This document shows, one piece after another, positions 38,781 to 47,689 of a stretch of DNA of 64,000 nt. The DNA comes from Candidatus Levybacteria bacterium RIFCSPLOWO2_02_FULL_37_18 (lineage in GTDB: Bacteria; Patescibacteriota; Microgenomatia; Levybacterales; UBA12049). The position numbers and the translations under genes were made by a program. The notes beneath the pieces were generated by a model. The model had not been told where the DNA came from. It worked only from the letters and a program-made list of their open reading frames with translations, and ran no database searches. Positions within the stretch are counted from its first letter, which is position 1. Each line of letters begins with the position of its first letter. Location: the NCBI GenBank assembly GCA_001784115.1, contig MFPD01000019.1, positions 30,244-94,243 on the forward strand, written 5' to 3'.

Positions 38781-40004
38781 TCATTGTGTGTACTCTTTCA
38801 AAAATTTCATAAATTTTTTATCGTTGAATGCTTTTGCCAAAATAAACAAATCCTTATCGCCTCTTCCGGAAAGATTGACAACAATTATTTTGTGTTTGGA
38901 AAGTTTTGGTGCAAGTTTTACAGCATGTGCTACTGCATGCGCAGATTCAAGCGCAGGAATAATTCCTTCTGTCCTTGCCAAAAGTCTTACTGCTTCTAAC
39001 GCTTCTCTGTCTTTTGAGCTTACAAATTCTACTCGATTTAAATCATGAAGGTTTGCAAGCTCTGGCCCAATACCCGGATAATCAAGCCCTGCAGAAATGC
39101 TGTAAGTTTTTTGCAGTTGGCCGTCTTTGTTTTGCAAAAAGTATGATTTATATCCCTCTACAATGCCGACCGAACCGCCTTTGAATCGTAACGCATGCTC
39201 ACCTACTTTTTCTCCTTTTCCTCCTGCTTCAACACCTATTAACGTTACTGTTGAGCTTTTTATAAACTCATAAAAAATTCCCATGGCATTGCTTCCTCCA
39301 CCAACACATGCGATAATATAATCGGGTAGTTTCCCTTCTCTTTTTTTCATTTGAACTTTTACTTCTCGTCCAACAATCGACTGAAAATCTCTATTCATTG
39401 TCGGAAACGGATGCGGACCCACAACCGACCCTAATACATAATGCGTATCTTTAACATTTTCTATCCAGTCTTTAATTGCAGCATTCACTGCATCTTTTAA
39501 CGTTTTACTGCCAAAAGCAACCGGAACTACAGTTGCACCTAACTGTTCCATTAAAAAAACATTCTGCCGCTGTCTTTGTATATCTACTTCTCCCATATAT
39601 ACTGTGCAGGAAAACCCGAGTTTTGCTGCAACTGTTGCAGTCGCAACGCCATGCTGTCCTGCTCCGGTTTCTGCAATAAGTCTTTTTTTGCCAATTTTTT
39701 TTGCAACCAAAGCTTGTCCTATACAATGAGTAATTTTATGAGCGCCGGTTAGGTTTGCTCCTTCATTTTTTAAATATATTTTTGCGCCACCTAATCTTTT
39801 TGTGAGGTTTTCAGCAAATACCAATGGAGTCGGCCTCCCTGCAAAATTATTGAGTAAATCGGTAAATTCTTTTTGAAAAGAATCATCTTTTTTTGCAACC
39901 GTGTATGCTTTTTCCAATTCTTCAAGAGCCGGAATTAACATCTCCGGGACATATCTCCCGCCGTATAGTCCGAAGTGACCATTATTTTGATGTTTATTTT
40001 TCAT
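38781..40004 (-). CDS. trpB: Tryptophan synthase beta subunit TrpB
   Basis: 407 aa with [13 protein letters not shown] and [11 protein letters not shown] motifs. Confidence 0.95.
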   Translation of the reverse strand: MKNKHQNNGHFGLYGGRYVPEMLIPALEELEKAYTVAKKDDSFQKEFTDLLNNFAGRPTPLVFAENLTKRLGGAKIYLKNEGANLTGAHKITHCIGQALVAKKIGKKRLIAETGAGQHGVATATVAAKLGFSCTVYMGEVDIQRQRQNVFLMEQLGATVVPVAFGSKTLKDAVNAAIKDWIENVKDTHYVLGSVVGPHPFPTMNRDFQSIVGREVKVQMKKREGKLPDYIIACVGGGSNAMGIFYEFIKSSTVTLIGVEAGGKGEKVGEHALRFKGGSVGIVEGYKSYFLQNKDGQLQKTYSISAGLDYPGIGPELANLHDLNRVEFVSSKDREALEAVRLLARTEGIIPALESAHAVAHAVKLAPKLSKHKIIVVNLSGRGDKDLFILAKAFNDKKFMKFLKEYTQ

Positions 40005-40054
40005 GATTATAAATTTTAAACATTAAAAATTGAATAAAAATTAAAAATTTCAAA

Positions 40055-40681
40055 TTAAAAATTCTTTTTCGCTTCTCTTATAAATTTTCTAATCTTTTCA
40101 ATATCTTGTTTTCCGTCTGTCTCGACCCCAGATGCGACATCTACAATCTGTGGTTTTACTTTCTTTATAACGTCTGCGACATTCTCTGGATTTAAACCTC
40201 CTGCAAAGATTAAAGGAAATTCTTTTGCTAAAACACTAGCTTTTTCTAAATTAATCATTTGCCCCTCGCTTTGTTCTATTCTGTCTAAAAGATAAACATC
40301 TACCTTAAACTGCTTCATTTGTTTTCTCGCATCTTCAATGTCAAAATCTCCTGGAAATCTAAATGCTTTTATTGTTTTTATTTTTATTTGTTTTATATAC
40401 TCCTGTGGTTCGTCACCATGAAACTGAGCGTAATCTAAATTACACGTCTCAATTATTTTCTGTACTTGATTAAGTGGCATATTTTGAAAAACGCCAACTA
40501 AATTAATTTTGCCTTTCAACTGTTTGCTAATTTCTTTTACAACCTCACTATCTACAGTATGAGTTTTAATACGTGGTGTAAATACAAACCCTAAAAAATC
40601 AGCACCACCTTCAAAAGCAACTTCTGCTGCTTCCAAACTTCTTGTCGCGCAAATTTTAACTTTTACTTTCATAGTTTTCAA
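40055..40681 (-). CDS. trpF: Phosphoribosylanthranilate isomerase TrpF
   Basis: 208 aa. The track start is a TTG; an ATG at 40670-40672 (MKVKVKICATRS) is a likelier start. Confidence 0.8.
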   Translation of the reverse strand: MKTMKVKVKICATRSLEAAEVAFEGGADFLGFVFTPRIKTHTVDSEVVKEISKQLKGKINLVGVFQNMPLNQVQKIIETCNLDYAQFHGDEPQEYIKQIKIKTIKAFRFPGDFDIEDARKQMKQFKVDVYLLDRIEQSEGQMINLEKASVLAKEFPLIFAGGLNPENVADVIKKVKPQIVDVASGVETDGKQDIEKIRKFIREAKKNF

Positions 40682-40684
40682 TCT

Positions 40685-40770
40685 GTCATTACGAGGAGGT
40701 CGCTTGATGCGACCGACGCGGCAATCTCCTAATCGTAAAACTACGATTGCTTCACTTCGTTCGCAATGAC
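40685..40770. repeat. Palindromic element, copy H; its distal inverted repeat encodes the last codons and stop of trpC
   Basis: GTCATTACGAGGaggtcgcttgatgcgaccgacgcgGCAATCTCctaatcgtaaaactacGATTGCttcacttcgtTCGCAATGAC. The coding strand of trpC ends ...ttg tca ttg cga acg aag tga (LSLRTK*). Confidence 0.7.
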
Positions 40771-41549
40771 AATATAAAATCTTTTATATTTTTCGCTTTC
40801 ATTAAACTCGTTCCCACAAGCACTCCTTTTGCTCCTGCTTCCCTATATTTTTGAACTTCTTGCGAACTTTTGATTCCTGAGAATCCCAGTTTTATAAATT
40901 TGTCTGGAACTTGTTTTAGAATTTCAGATGCTCTATCAACATCCACCTCAAAAGTATCCAAATCTCTTGCGTTAACTGCAATTATATATGGTTTTGAGTC
41001 GATCGCTCTTTCTATATGTTCTAAACTATCAATTTCAACAACTGGTTCAATACCTAAACCTATGGCATATTGAACTAATTCAGAAAGTTTTTTGTTACCA
41101 ACAATTCTTGCAATTAAAAGCACCGCATCAGCGCCTGATTTTATACCTTCGGCAATTTGATATGTATCAATAATAAAATCTTTCATAAGAATGGGAAGAT
41201 TGGTATTTTTCTTAATTTGATCAATTAGTTTAATATCTCCATTAAAAAAATGTTTTTCAACAACTAAAGAAATTGCATCAGCGTCTGCTTTTTCATATGC
41301 TTTTACCCGCTTTAGAATAGTTTTTTTTGAACCAAGATCTCCTTCACTTGGAGACGCTAACTTAATCTCCGCAATCAGAGTAATATCTTTTTTTGGATTG
41401 AGAATCGAATTCCTGAAATTACTCAAATTATAAACCGTTCCTTTTCGAGATTCTGGATGCGCCTTCGGCTTACCAGAATGACGTTTTTTTCTTTTTTTCA
41501 AATCTCTTTTTGTTTGCTCAACTATTTTTTGAAGTATTTTATTTTTCAT
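40752..41549 (-). CDS. trpC: Indole-3-glycerol phosphate synthase TrpC
   Basis: 265-aa TIM barrel. The C-terminus LSLRTK is contributed by repeat copy H. Confidence 0.85.
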   Translation of the reverse strand: MKNKILQKIVEQTKRDLKKRKKRHSGKPKAHPESRKGTVYNLSNFRNSILNPKKDITLIAEIKLASPSEGDLGSKKTILKRVKAYEKADADAISLVVEKHFFNGDIKLIDQIKKNTNLPILMKDFIIDTYQIAEGIKSGADAVLLIARIVGNKKLSELVQYAIGLGIEPVVEIDSLEHIERAIDSKPYIIAVNARDLDTFEVDVDRASEILKQVPDKFIKLGFSGIKSSQEVQKYREAGAKGVLVGTSLMKAKNIKDFILSLRTK

Positions 41550-42576
41550 ATTTTTGCGTTTCTTTTATTAATTGCTCTAATACTTGTTTTGCTTTTCCGC
41601 TATCAATTGCCTCTTGAGCCTTTTCAATTCCCTGCTCAATTGAGCTTGCTTTTCCAGCGACATATAATCCCAAAGCGCTGTTTAAAATAACAATATCACG
41701 ACATTGTCCTTTTTTACCATCTAAAACATTTAAAATAATCTCTGCATTCGTTTTCGAATCTGCTCCTTTTATTTTGTTTTGCGAAGCTTTTTTTACTCCA
41801 AAATCAGCAGGACTCACTATTCTTGATTTTATTTTTTTGCCTTGCACTTCGAGTACATGAGTTTTTGCAGAAATACTTACCTCATCCATTCCATCTTCAC
41901 TTGTTACCAATAACAAATGTTTATACCCAAATTCTTTACCAACACGTGCTAATTTTTTGGCTATAGAAAGATTTGGAACACCAATAATCTGCCTTTTTAC
42001 AGAAGCCGGATTTAAAAACGGACCAAGCAAATTAAAAATTGTTGGAATACCTAATTCTTTTCTAACAGAAGCTATAAATTTCATTGTCGGATGAAATAAT
42101 TGCGCGAATAAAAATACCATGCCTACTTTTTCTAAAACCAAACTTGCTTGAGAAGTGTTTAAATTAATATTCACTCCCAAACTTTCCAACACATCCGCGC
42201 TTCCACATTTACTGCTTGCTGCTCTATTACCATGCTTAGCTACCCTTACACCAGCTCCTGCAACTACAAATGCTGTTGCCGTAGAAATATTAAACGTCTG
42301 TTTTCCGTCTCCACCGGTACCACATACATCTATTGAATTTTTAACTTTTAACTTTGAACTTTGAACTTTTATCATATACTTCCTCATTCCTTCTATAAAC
42401 CCTACAATCTCCTCAGCTGTTTCTCCTTTTGACTTTAAAAGAATAAGAATTGCTGCCATTTGAGTAGGGCCAATCTTCCCCTCTGCCATTTGGCAAACAA
42501 GAAAAAAAGCCTCTTTCTGAGTAAGATTTTCTTTTGCTATTAATTTTATAAACAACTGTTTTGTATCCATATTCAT
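41539..42576 (-). CDS. trpD: Anthranilate phosphoribosyltransferase TrpD
   Basis: 345 aa with a DVCGTGGDGKQTFNISTA motif. It has an in-frame heptamer-repeat insertion encoding KVQSSKLKVKN. Confidence 0.9.
   Translation of the reverse strand: MNMDTKQLFIKLIAKENLTQKEAFFLVCQMAEGKIGPTQMAAILILLKSKGETAEEIVGFIEGMRKYMIKVQSSKLKVKNSIDVCGTGGDGKQTFNISTATAFVVAGAGVRVAKHGNRAASSKCGSADVLESLGVNINLNTSQASLVLEKVGMVFLFAQLFHPTMKFIASVRKELGIPTIFNLLGPFLNPASVKRQIIGVPNLSIAKKLARVGKEFGYKHLLLVTSEDGMDEVSISAKTHVLEVQGKKIKSRIVSPADFGVKKASQNKIKGADSKTNAEIILNVLDGKKGQCRDIVILNSALGLYVAGKASSIEQGIEKAQEAIDSGKAKQVLEQLIKETQKYEK
42333..42370. repeat. Tandem heptamer repeat (TTGAATT/TTTAACT/TTGAACT)x~5 in frame inside trpD
   Basis: ttgaatttttaacttttaactttgaactttgaactttt, encoding KVQSSKLKVKN. 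Confidence 0.8.
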
Positions 42577-42583
42577 CTACTTG

Positions 42584-42625
42584 TCATTGATTCCTTAATT
42601 GTCATTCTAAACTTGATTCAGAATC
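42584..42625. repeat. Palindromic element, copy I (GTCATTCTAAACttgaTTCAGAATC); one arm supplies the trpG RF* terminus
   Basis: The coding strand of trpG ends ...aga ttc tga within the TTCAGAATC arm. Confidence 0.6.
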
Positions 42626-43217
42626 TAAACAAAAAATTTTCAAGCATAATTTTTCCTGCTTCTGTTGCAAATGATTCCGGATGAAACTGAACTCCCTCAA
42701 TTGGATATTCCTTGTGTCTTAATCCCATAATCTCACCATCATCTTGTACTGTTGCTGTTATTTCCAAACAGTTGGGCAATGAACTTTTCTCCGCAATCAA
42801 AGAATGATATCGCATTACTTCTAAATTTTGCGGTAATCCAAAAAATACCCCCTTTCCATCGTGTTTAATAGTACTTGTTTTTCCATGCATTGGTTTTTTT
42901 GCTCTAACAACTTTTCCGCCGAAGTAATGCGCCATTCCCTGCATTCCAAGACATACACCAAGTATTGGAATGTGTTTTTCTAACTCTGTTAGAACTTCAG
43001 CGCAAGCTCCAAAGTATGCTTTATCAGCAGGATTACCTGGGCCAGGAGAGATAATAATTCTATCGTATTTTTTCTCTTGAATTTCGGAAAGCGTTATATC
43101 GTCATTACGAAAAACATCTACGGCAAATGGTTTTTCCCTTTGCTCTAAAATTTCTCCTACATACTGATATAAATTAAAAGTAAACGAATCGTAATTGTCT
43201 AGTATAAGTATTTTCAT
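42618..43217 (-). CDS. trpG: Anthranilate synthase component II (glutamine amidotransferase) TrpG
   Basis: 199 aa with a GVCLGMQ nucleophile elbow and an HPES motif. Confidence 0.9.
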   Translation of the reverse strand: MKILILDNYDSFTFNLYQYVGEILEQREKPFAVDVFRNDDITLSEIQEKKYDRIIISPGPGNPADKAYFGACAEVLTELEKHIPILGVCLGMQGMAHYFGGKVVRAKKPMHGKTSTIKHDGKGVFFGLPQNLEVMRYHSLIAEKSSLPNCLEITATVQDDGEIMGLRHKEYPIEGVQFHPESFATEAGKIMLENFLFRF

Positions 43218-44563
43218 AATTTTTTTAAAACTTCCATTATTGCTTTTAATTTTCTTTCAATTTCTTCATATTCCTTTTCTGGTTTTGAATCACAAACAAT
43301 TCCACCGCTTGTTTGGGTATAACCAAATTCACCTAAAAAAAATAAGGATCTGATTGCAATAGCAAATGTACAGTCACCATTAAAACCAAATTGTCCAACA
43401 GCCCCACCATATACACCCCGCGCCTCTTTTTCCAAGCTTTCAATTATTTTTATCGACTCTATTTTAGGAGCACCGGTTAAAGTACCTGCCGGAAAATTAC
43501 TTGCAAGCGCAGAAAACATTGTCTGCCCATTTTTCATAATTCCTACAATTTCGCTTGAAATATGCTGGACATGGGAAAATTTTTTTACATTCATAAAATC
43601 CCGTACTTTTACCGTCCCAAACTTTGCAACTCTTCCAATATCATTTCTATGCAAATCCACCAGCATATTATGTTCTGCTACTTCTTTTGAATCTGACAAT
43701 AAATCGCGGGCTAGCTTCTTATCTTCCTTAAGATTTTTCCCTCTTTTAATTGTTCCTGCTAAAGGTCTTGTTACCATTTCTCCATCCCGAAGAGAAAATA
43801 ATAACTCTGGTGAAGCACCAATTATCCTTTTTTTATTAAACTTTAAATAGTACATAAAAGGAGAAGGATTAATTTTACGAAGCCTTTCGTACATTAAAAG
43901 ACTATCTCCTTGTATTTTAAATTTTGTTTTAAATCCTACTTCGCATTGAAACGTATTTCCCAAGAGAATATGTTTTTGTACATTCCTGACTTGTTTTTCG
44001 TGTTCTGCTTTAGAAGAAGTATTTCCTAAAAATTTCGCTTTTAGCATTAGTTTTTTAGTAGGTTTTTTTAATAAATCTTTAAGTATTTCTATCCTGTTTT
44101 CGTCATAATAAAAATAAAACAATTCGTTGGTAACTTTGTCAAAAATTACGCCATCCGTATATACCCCAAACATAAATTGATCAAAATCGTGATTAACTTT
44201 AACCGACAAACTACTTTCAAAATAGTTAATTGCATCATAGGCAAGATAACCAACTAACCCCCCTGCATAATTTTTAGAAATTGTATAAGAAGGCATAATA
44301 TTTTCAAGAGCAAAATAGGGATTTTTAACCGGATATGCTATTCCGTCAAAAAATAGTAAATTTTCTCGTGCAGAAATTACGTGTTTTGGAGCAAGTCCAA
44401 TAATTGAATATCTGGAGAATTTTCCTTCCTCTCCCAATGATTCAAAAATAAAACACGTATCAAACTCTTGCTCTATTTTTTTAAACAGACCATGGAAATC
44501 AATATCTTGAGCAAAAGAGACATACGTTGGTTTCTTTTGTAATGTTATTTTTGGTAATTTCAT
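43214..44563 (-). CDS. trpE: Anthranilate synthase component I TrpE
   Basis: 449-aa chorismate-binding fold (GAVGQFGFNGDCTFAIAIRS). Confidence 0.9.
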   Translation of the reverse strand: MKLPKITLQKKPTYVSFAQDIDFHGLFKKIEQEFDTCFIFESLGEEGKFSRYSIIGLAPKHVISARENLLFFDGIAYPVKNPYFALENIMPSYTISKNYAGGLVGYLAYDAINYFESSLSVKVNHDFDQFMFGVYTDGVIFDKVTNELFYFYYDENRIEILKDLLKKPTKKLMLKAKFLGNTSSKAEHEKQVRNVQKHILLGNTFQCEVGFKTKFKIQGDSLLMYERLRKINPSPFMYYLKFNKKRIIGASPELLFSLRDGEMVTRPLAGTIKRGKNLKEDKKLARDLLSDSKEVAEHNMLVDLHRNDIGRVAKFGTVKVRDFMNVKKFSHVQHISSEIVGIMKNGQTMFSALASNFPAGTLTGAPKIESIKIIESLEKEARGVYGGAVGQFGFNGDCTFAIAIRSLFFLGEFGYTQTSGGIVCDSKPEKEYEEIERKLKAIMEVLKKL

Positions 44564-44569
44564 ATTTTT

Positions 44570-44830
44570 ATAAACAAAAACCCTTGTAAATTTCCAAACG
44601 TTTTCTGTTTGACTATTTACAAGGGCCTCTTAATGAGACGGTGCCACCTTGTTTATTTACTTATTCATGCTCTTCTTTTCTTAGTCCAGCCAAGCGGATA
44701 AAAAACAAAGAGTGCTGTCTTCTTAGGGTTTCGCCTCCCCCGCATTACGTCAGTCGCGTTTGACGCGATGAATTTTGCGAAAGCTTCCTGGATCCAAACT
44801 TCCAGATCACAGCTTTTAAAACTACATTAC
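44570..44830 (-). ncRNA. Candidate T-box riboswitch leader (tRNA-Trp sensing) with terminator and antiterminator, controlling trpEGDCFBA
   Basis: The minus strand has a T-box core AGGUGGCACCGUCUC, 9/10 match to GGUGGUACCG. Terminator: GGCCCTTGTAAAT ... ATTTACAAGGG + TTTTTGTTT ending 8 nt before the trpE ATG. The alternative antiterminator pairs ACAAGG with CCTTGT, leaving a UGGCACC bulge. A UGGA sits in an upstream hairpin loop (CTGGAaguuUGGAuCCAG). Confidence 0.55.
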
Positions 44831-44856
44831 ATGTAATATACCATATTGTTTCAGAT

Positions 44857-45522
44857 TTATAAAGCACCTTTACCCGATACCATTGCCCAAGGAGTTTTAA
44901 GGATTATGTACAAATCATAAAGAATCGAACGCTTATGCACATAATCCGCATCCATTTGAATTCGCTTGTCAAAATTAATCTCACTTCTTCCGGAAACCTG
45001 CCAAAATCCTGTGAGCCCCGGCTTTACCGACAACACAACTTTTGCCAGATCTCGAGTTTCAGGGTAACTTTTCTGCTGCTCCCTAAGCTCATCCGGATAA
45101 TATGCACGGGGTCCTACCAAACTCATTTCTCCTTTTAAAATATTCACCAGCTGAGGAATTTCATCCAGAGAATATTTTCGAATAAACCTTCCAACCAGTG
45201 TAATACGCGGATCGTCTTTTAATTTATAACTGCCTTTTTTATATATATTAAAAAGATCTGCATACTGGGGATTTTCACGTAAAATTTCATGCGCATTTTG
45301 CACCATAGACCTAAATTTATACATTTTAAAAAGTCTTCCACTTTTTCCTACTCTTTCAGGCGTATCCGCTAATATCGGCCCGATTGAATCAAGCACAATA
45401 GCCAGAACAATCAAAAGGATAATTGGGGAAAATAGTATTAAAAGAAAAAGAGAGAAAACAATATCAATCAATCGTTTTATAAACTCATAATATACACTTT
45501 TTTTTACTTGTACGTATACCAT
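44857..45522 (-). CDS. Bacterial sugar transferase (polyprenyl-phosphate hexose-1-phosphate transferase, WbaP/WcaJ C-terminal type)
   Basis: 221 aa with an N-terminal TM segment and a bacterial sugar transferase core (FKMYKFRSM ... VGPRA). Confidence 0.8.
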   Translation of the reverse strand: MVYVQVKKSVYYEFIKRLIDIVFSLFLLILFSPIILLIVLAIVLDSIGPILADTPERVGKSGRLFKMYKFRSMVQNAHEILRENPQYADLFNIYKKGSYKLKDDPRITLVGRFIRKYSLDEIPQLVNILKGEMSLVGPRAYYPDELREQQKSYPETRDLAKVVLSVKPGLTGFWQVSGRSEINFDKRIQMDADYVHKRSILYDLYIILKTPWAMVSGKGAL

Positions 45523-45525
45523 ACG

Positions 45526-46608
45526 TTATGCTAAATGCTCATGCTGTGTACTTGTTAATCCTTCAACTAATTTTTTTATTTTTGGAATAGAGCTCTTCTT
45601 GCATACTAACACAACGTCTGATGTGTTAATGATAATCATTTCCTCCAAATCAATACCGACGGTTAGCTGATTGGTGTAATTAAATAGCAAAACGTCTCTG
45701 CTGTCTTCGAGCATGACATTTCCTCGGGTTACATTTTCATGATCCCTCGTAGAAAGTGCTTCCTTTAGCGCTTCCCATGCACCTACATCACTCCATCCCA
45801 AATCTGCTTTAATTACCAATCCGTCTCCAGGATTCATTTTTTCCAATAGTAAGTTATCAAATGATATTTTTTCAAGCTTGGGATAAATCTCTTTAAGCAC
45901 AGAATCAAAATTATCAGTTTGAAAAGACTCTTGAATTTTTACCAGTTCACCATACATTTTTGGAGCATACTTTTTATACAACGAAAACAAAAATACTGGA
46001 GTTGTCGCAAAATACCCGGGATTCCAAACGTGACTTTCTGACTTATGAAATGTTTCTGCCAAAGCTTGTGATGGCCGGTAATGCCAATTTTTAAACGAAA
46101 ACACAGGCAAACCATTCTTATGCATTACTTTCTTACCCAACTCTATCCATCCGAGATTTTGACTTGCAAATCTGGATCGTTGCCCTATAAATACAATTTT
46201 TTCCGGATCGGTTTTTAATATTGTTTCCGCGGTCTGAAGCACTTCTCTAAATAATTCTTCATTTTTTACCAAATGGTCACTCCATAAAATTATAAATGGC
46301 TCATTTTTTTCAATCTTCTCAAACAATGCTGTTACCAGCCCTACTGCCGGGCCTAGATCTCGCATTTCAGGTTCAAGGATAAAATTTTCTTTTGGAATCT
46401 GCTGTAACTGACTATATAAAATGTCTTTATACATAGTTCCCGAGGAGATAAAAATATCCTTGGAATCAGCTATTGGCAATATACGATTAACAGCCAACTG
46501 TAAAGTAGAGTGTTCGCCGAAGATTTTTTCAAATTGCTTTGGGGTATTCTTTCTGGAAAGGGGCCATAATCTTGTCCCAACTCCACCTGCAAATATTACT
46601 ATCTTCAT
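45526..46608 (-). CDS. Mannose-1-phosphate guanylyltransferase-like nucleotidyltransferase
   Basis: 360 aa beginning MKIVIFAGGVGTRLWPLSRKNTPKQF. Confidence 0.7.
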   Translation of the reverse strand: MKIVIFAGGVGTRLWPLSRKNTPKQFEKIFGEHSTLQLAVNRILPIADSKDIFISSGTMYKDILYSQLQQIPKENFILEPEMRDLGPAVGLVTALFEKIEKNEPFIILWSDHLVKNEELFREVLQTAETILKTDPEKIVFIGQRSRFASQNLGWIELGKKVMHKNGLPVFSFKNWHYRPSQALAETFHKSESHVWNPGYFATTPVFLFSLYKKYAPKMYGELVKIQESFQTDNFDSVLKEIYPKLEKISFDNLLLEKMNPGDGLVIKADLGWSDVGAWEALKEALSTRDHENVTRGNVMLEDSRDVLLFNYTNQLTVGIDLEEMIIINTSDVVLVCKKSSIPKIKKLVEGLTSTQHEHLA

Positions 46609-46612
46609 ACAT

Positions 46613-47689
46613 TTATTTTACGTATTGCCGAACAAGACTCAAAAACTGCTCTTTAAATCTTTTTTCTGAAAACCTTTGTGCGTTGATGTGGATACTTCTA
46701 GTATTAAATTTCATCTTTTCAAATTTTTTTAAGGCTTGAATAAGTGATTTTGATGTTTGAGATTTAAATAAAACACCTGTTTTCCCATCAATAACTATCT
46801 CTTTTGCTCCTCCCTTATTAAAAGCAATAACCGGTTTTCCAAAACTTTGTGCTTCTACAATTGCCAACCCAAAGTCTTCAACGCCTGAAAAAATAAGAGC
46901 CTTGCAGTTCTTATAATAACCCGAAAGCTCATCATCAGTCAAGTTTCCCGGAAAAAAAATTGATCGCCCTGACATCTTTTTAAGTCTCTTTTCCTCCATT
47001 CCCTTCCCGATTATCAAAAGAGGGACATTAAGCTTATTACATGCCGAAATTGCAAGATCTATTCTTTTATATGGAACCAACCGGGAAACAATCAGAAAAT
47101 ATCCAGAAAGAGTGTTTAATGCTCTCCCCCTTTTTTTTGAAAAACCAGCAGAAGGATATACAACAACAGAATCTCTTGAATAATATTTTTTAATACGCTT
47201 TTTTATTTCAAGGGAAATTGCAATATAATACTTTGGGGTTTTTGCGATTTTTTTGTCCCATATACGAAGTAGAAAAATAATAGGTATTGTAAAAGATCTA
47301 AAAAAATTATTTTTAAAATATTCATTATATCCGCTCCATAAATATCTCGTCGGAGTCAGACAATAACAAATATGGGTTGTATTCTTGTCAACTCTAACCG
47401 CCTTTGCATACTCAGAAGTGACAGAAATAACCACATCAAATTTTTTAAAAGAAAAACTCATAAAAGCTAAAGGCATAAAAGGCGCAAATAATTCATGGAA
47501 CATAGATGCAAAGGGAATATATTGTAAAAAAGAAGCTTTCACACGAAAAACCCGAGCCCACGGCGCAGTCTTGGGATTATATACAGATGTGTAAAGAGGG
47601 GCTTTTGGAAATAATTCATGCAGGGCAAGGAGAACTCTTTCGGCGCCACCCCACTTATTAACCCGATCGTAGACGATGGCAACTTTCAT
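46613..47689 (-). CDS. Glycosyltransferase family 1 (GT4-type)
   Basis: 358-aa GT-B fold with a C-terminal E-x7-E-like motif region (FGLAIVEAQSFGKPVIA). Confidence 0.7.
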   Translation of the reverse strand: MKVAIVYDRVNKWGGAERVLLALHELFPKAPLYTSVYNPKTAPWARVFRVKASFLQYIPFASMFHELFAPFMPLAFMSFSFKKFDVVISVTSEYAKAVRVDKNTTHICYCLTPTRYLWSGYNEYFKNNFFRSFTIPIIFLLRIWDKKIAKTPKYYIAISLEIKKRIKKYYSRDSVVVYPSAGFSKKRGRALNTLSGYFLIVSRLVPYKRIDLAISACNKLNVPLLIIGKGMEEKRLKKMSGRSIFFPGNLTDDELSGYYKNCKALIFSGVEDFGLAIVEAQSFGKPVIAFNKGGAKEIVIDGKTGVLFKSQTSKSLIQALKKFEKMKFNTRSIHINAQRFSEKRFKEQFLSLVRQYVK

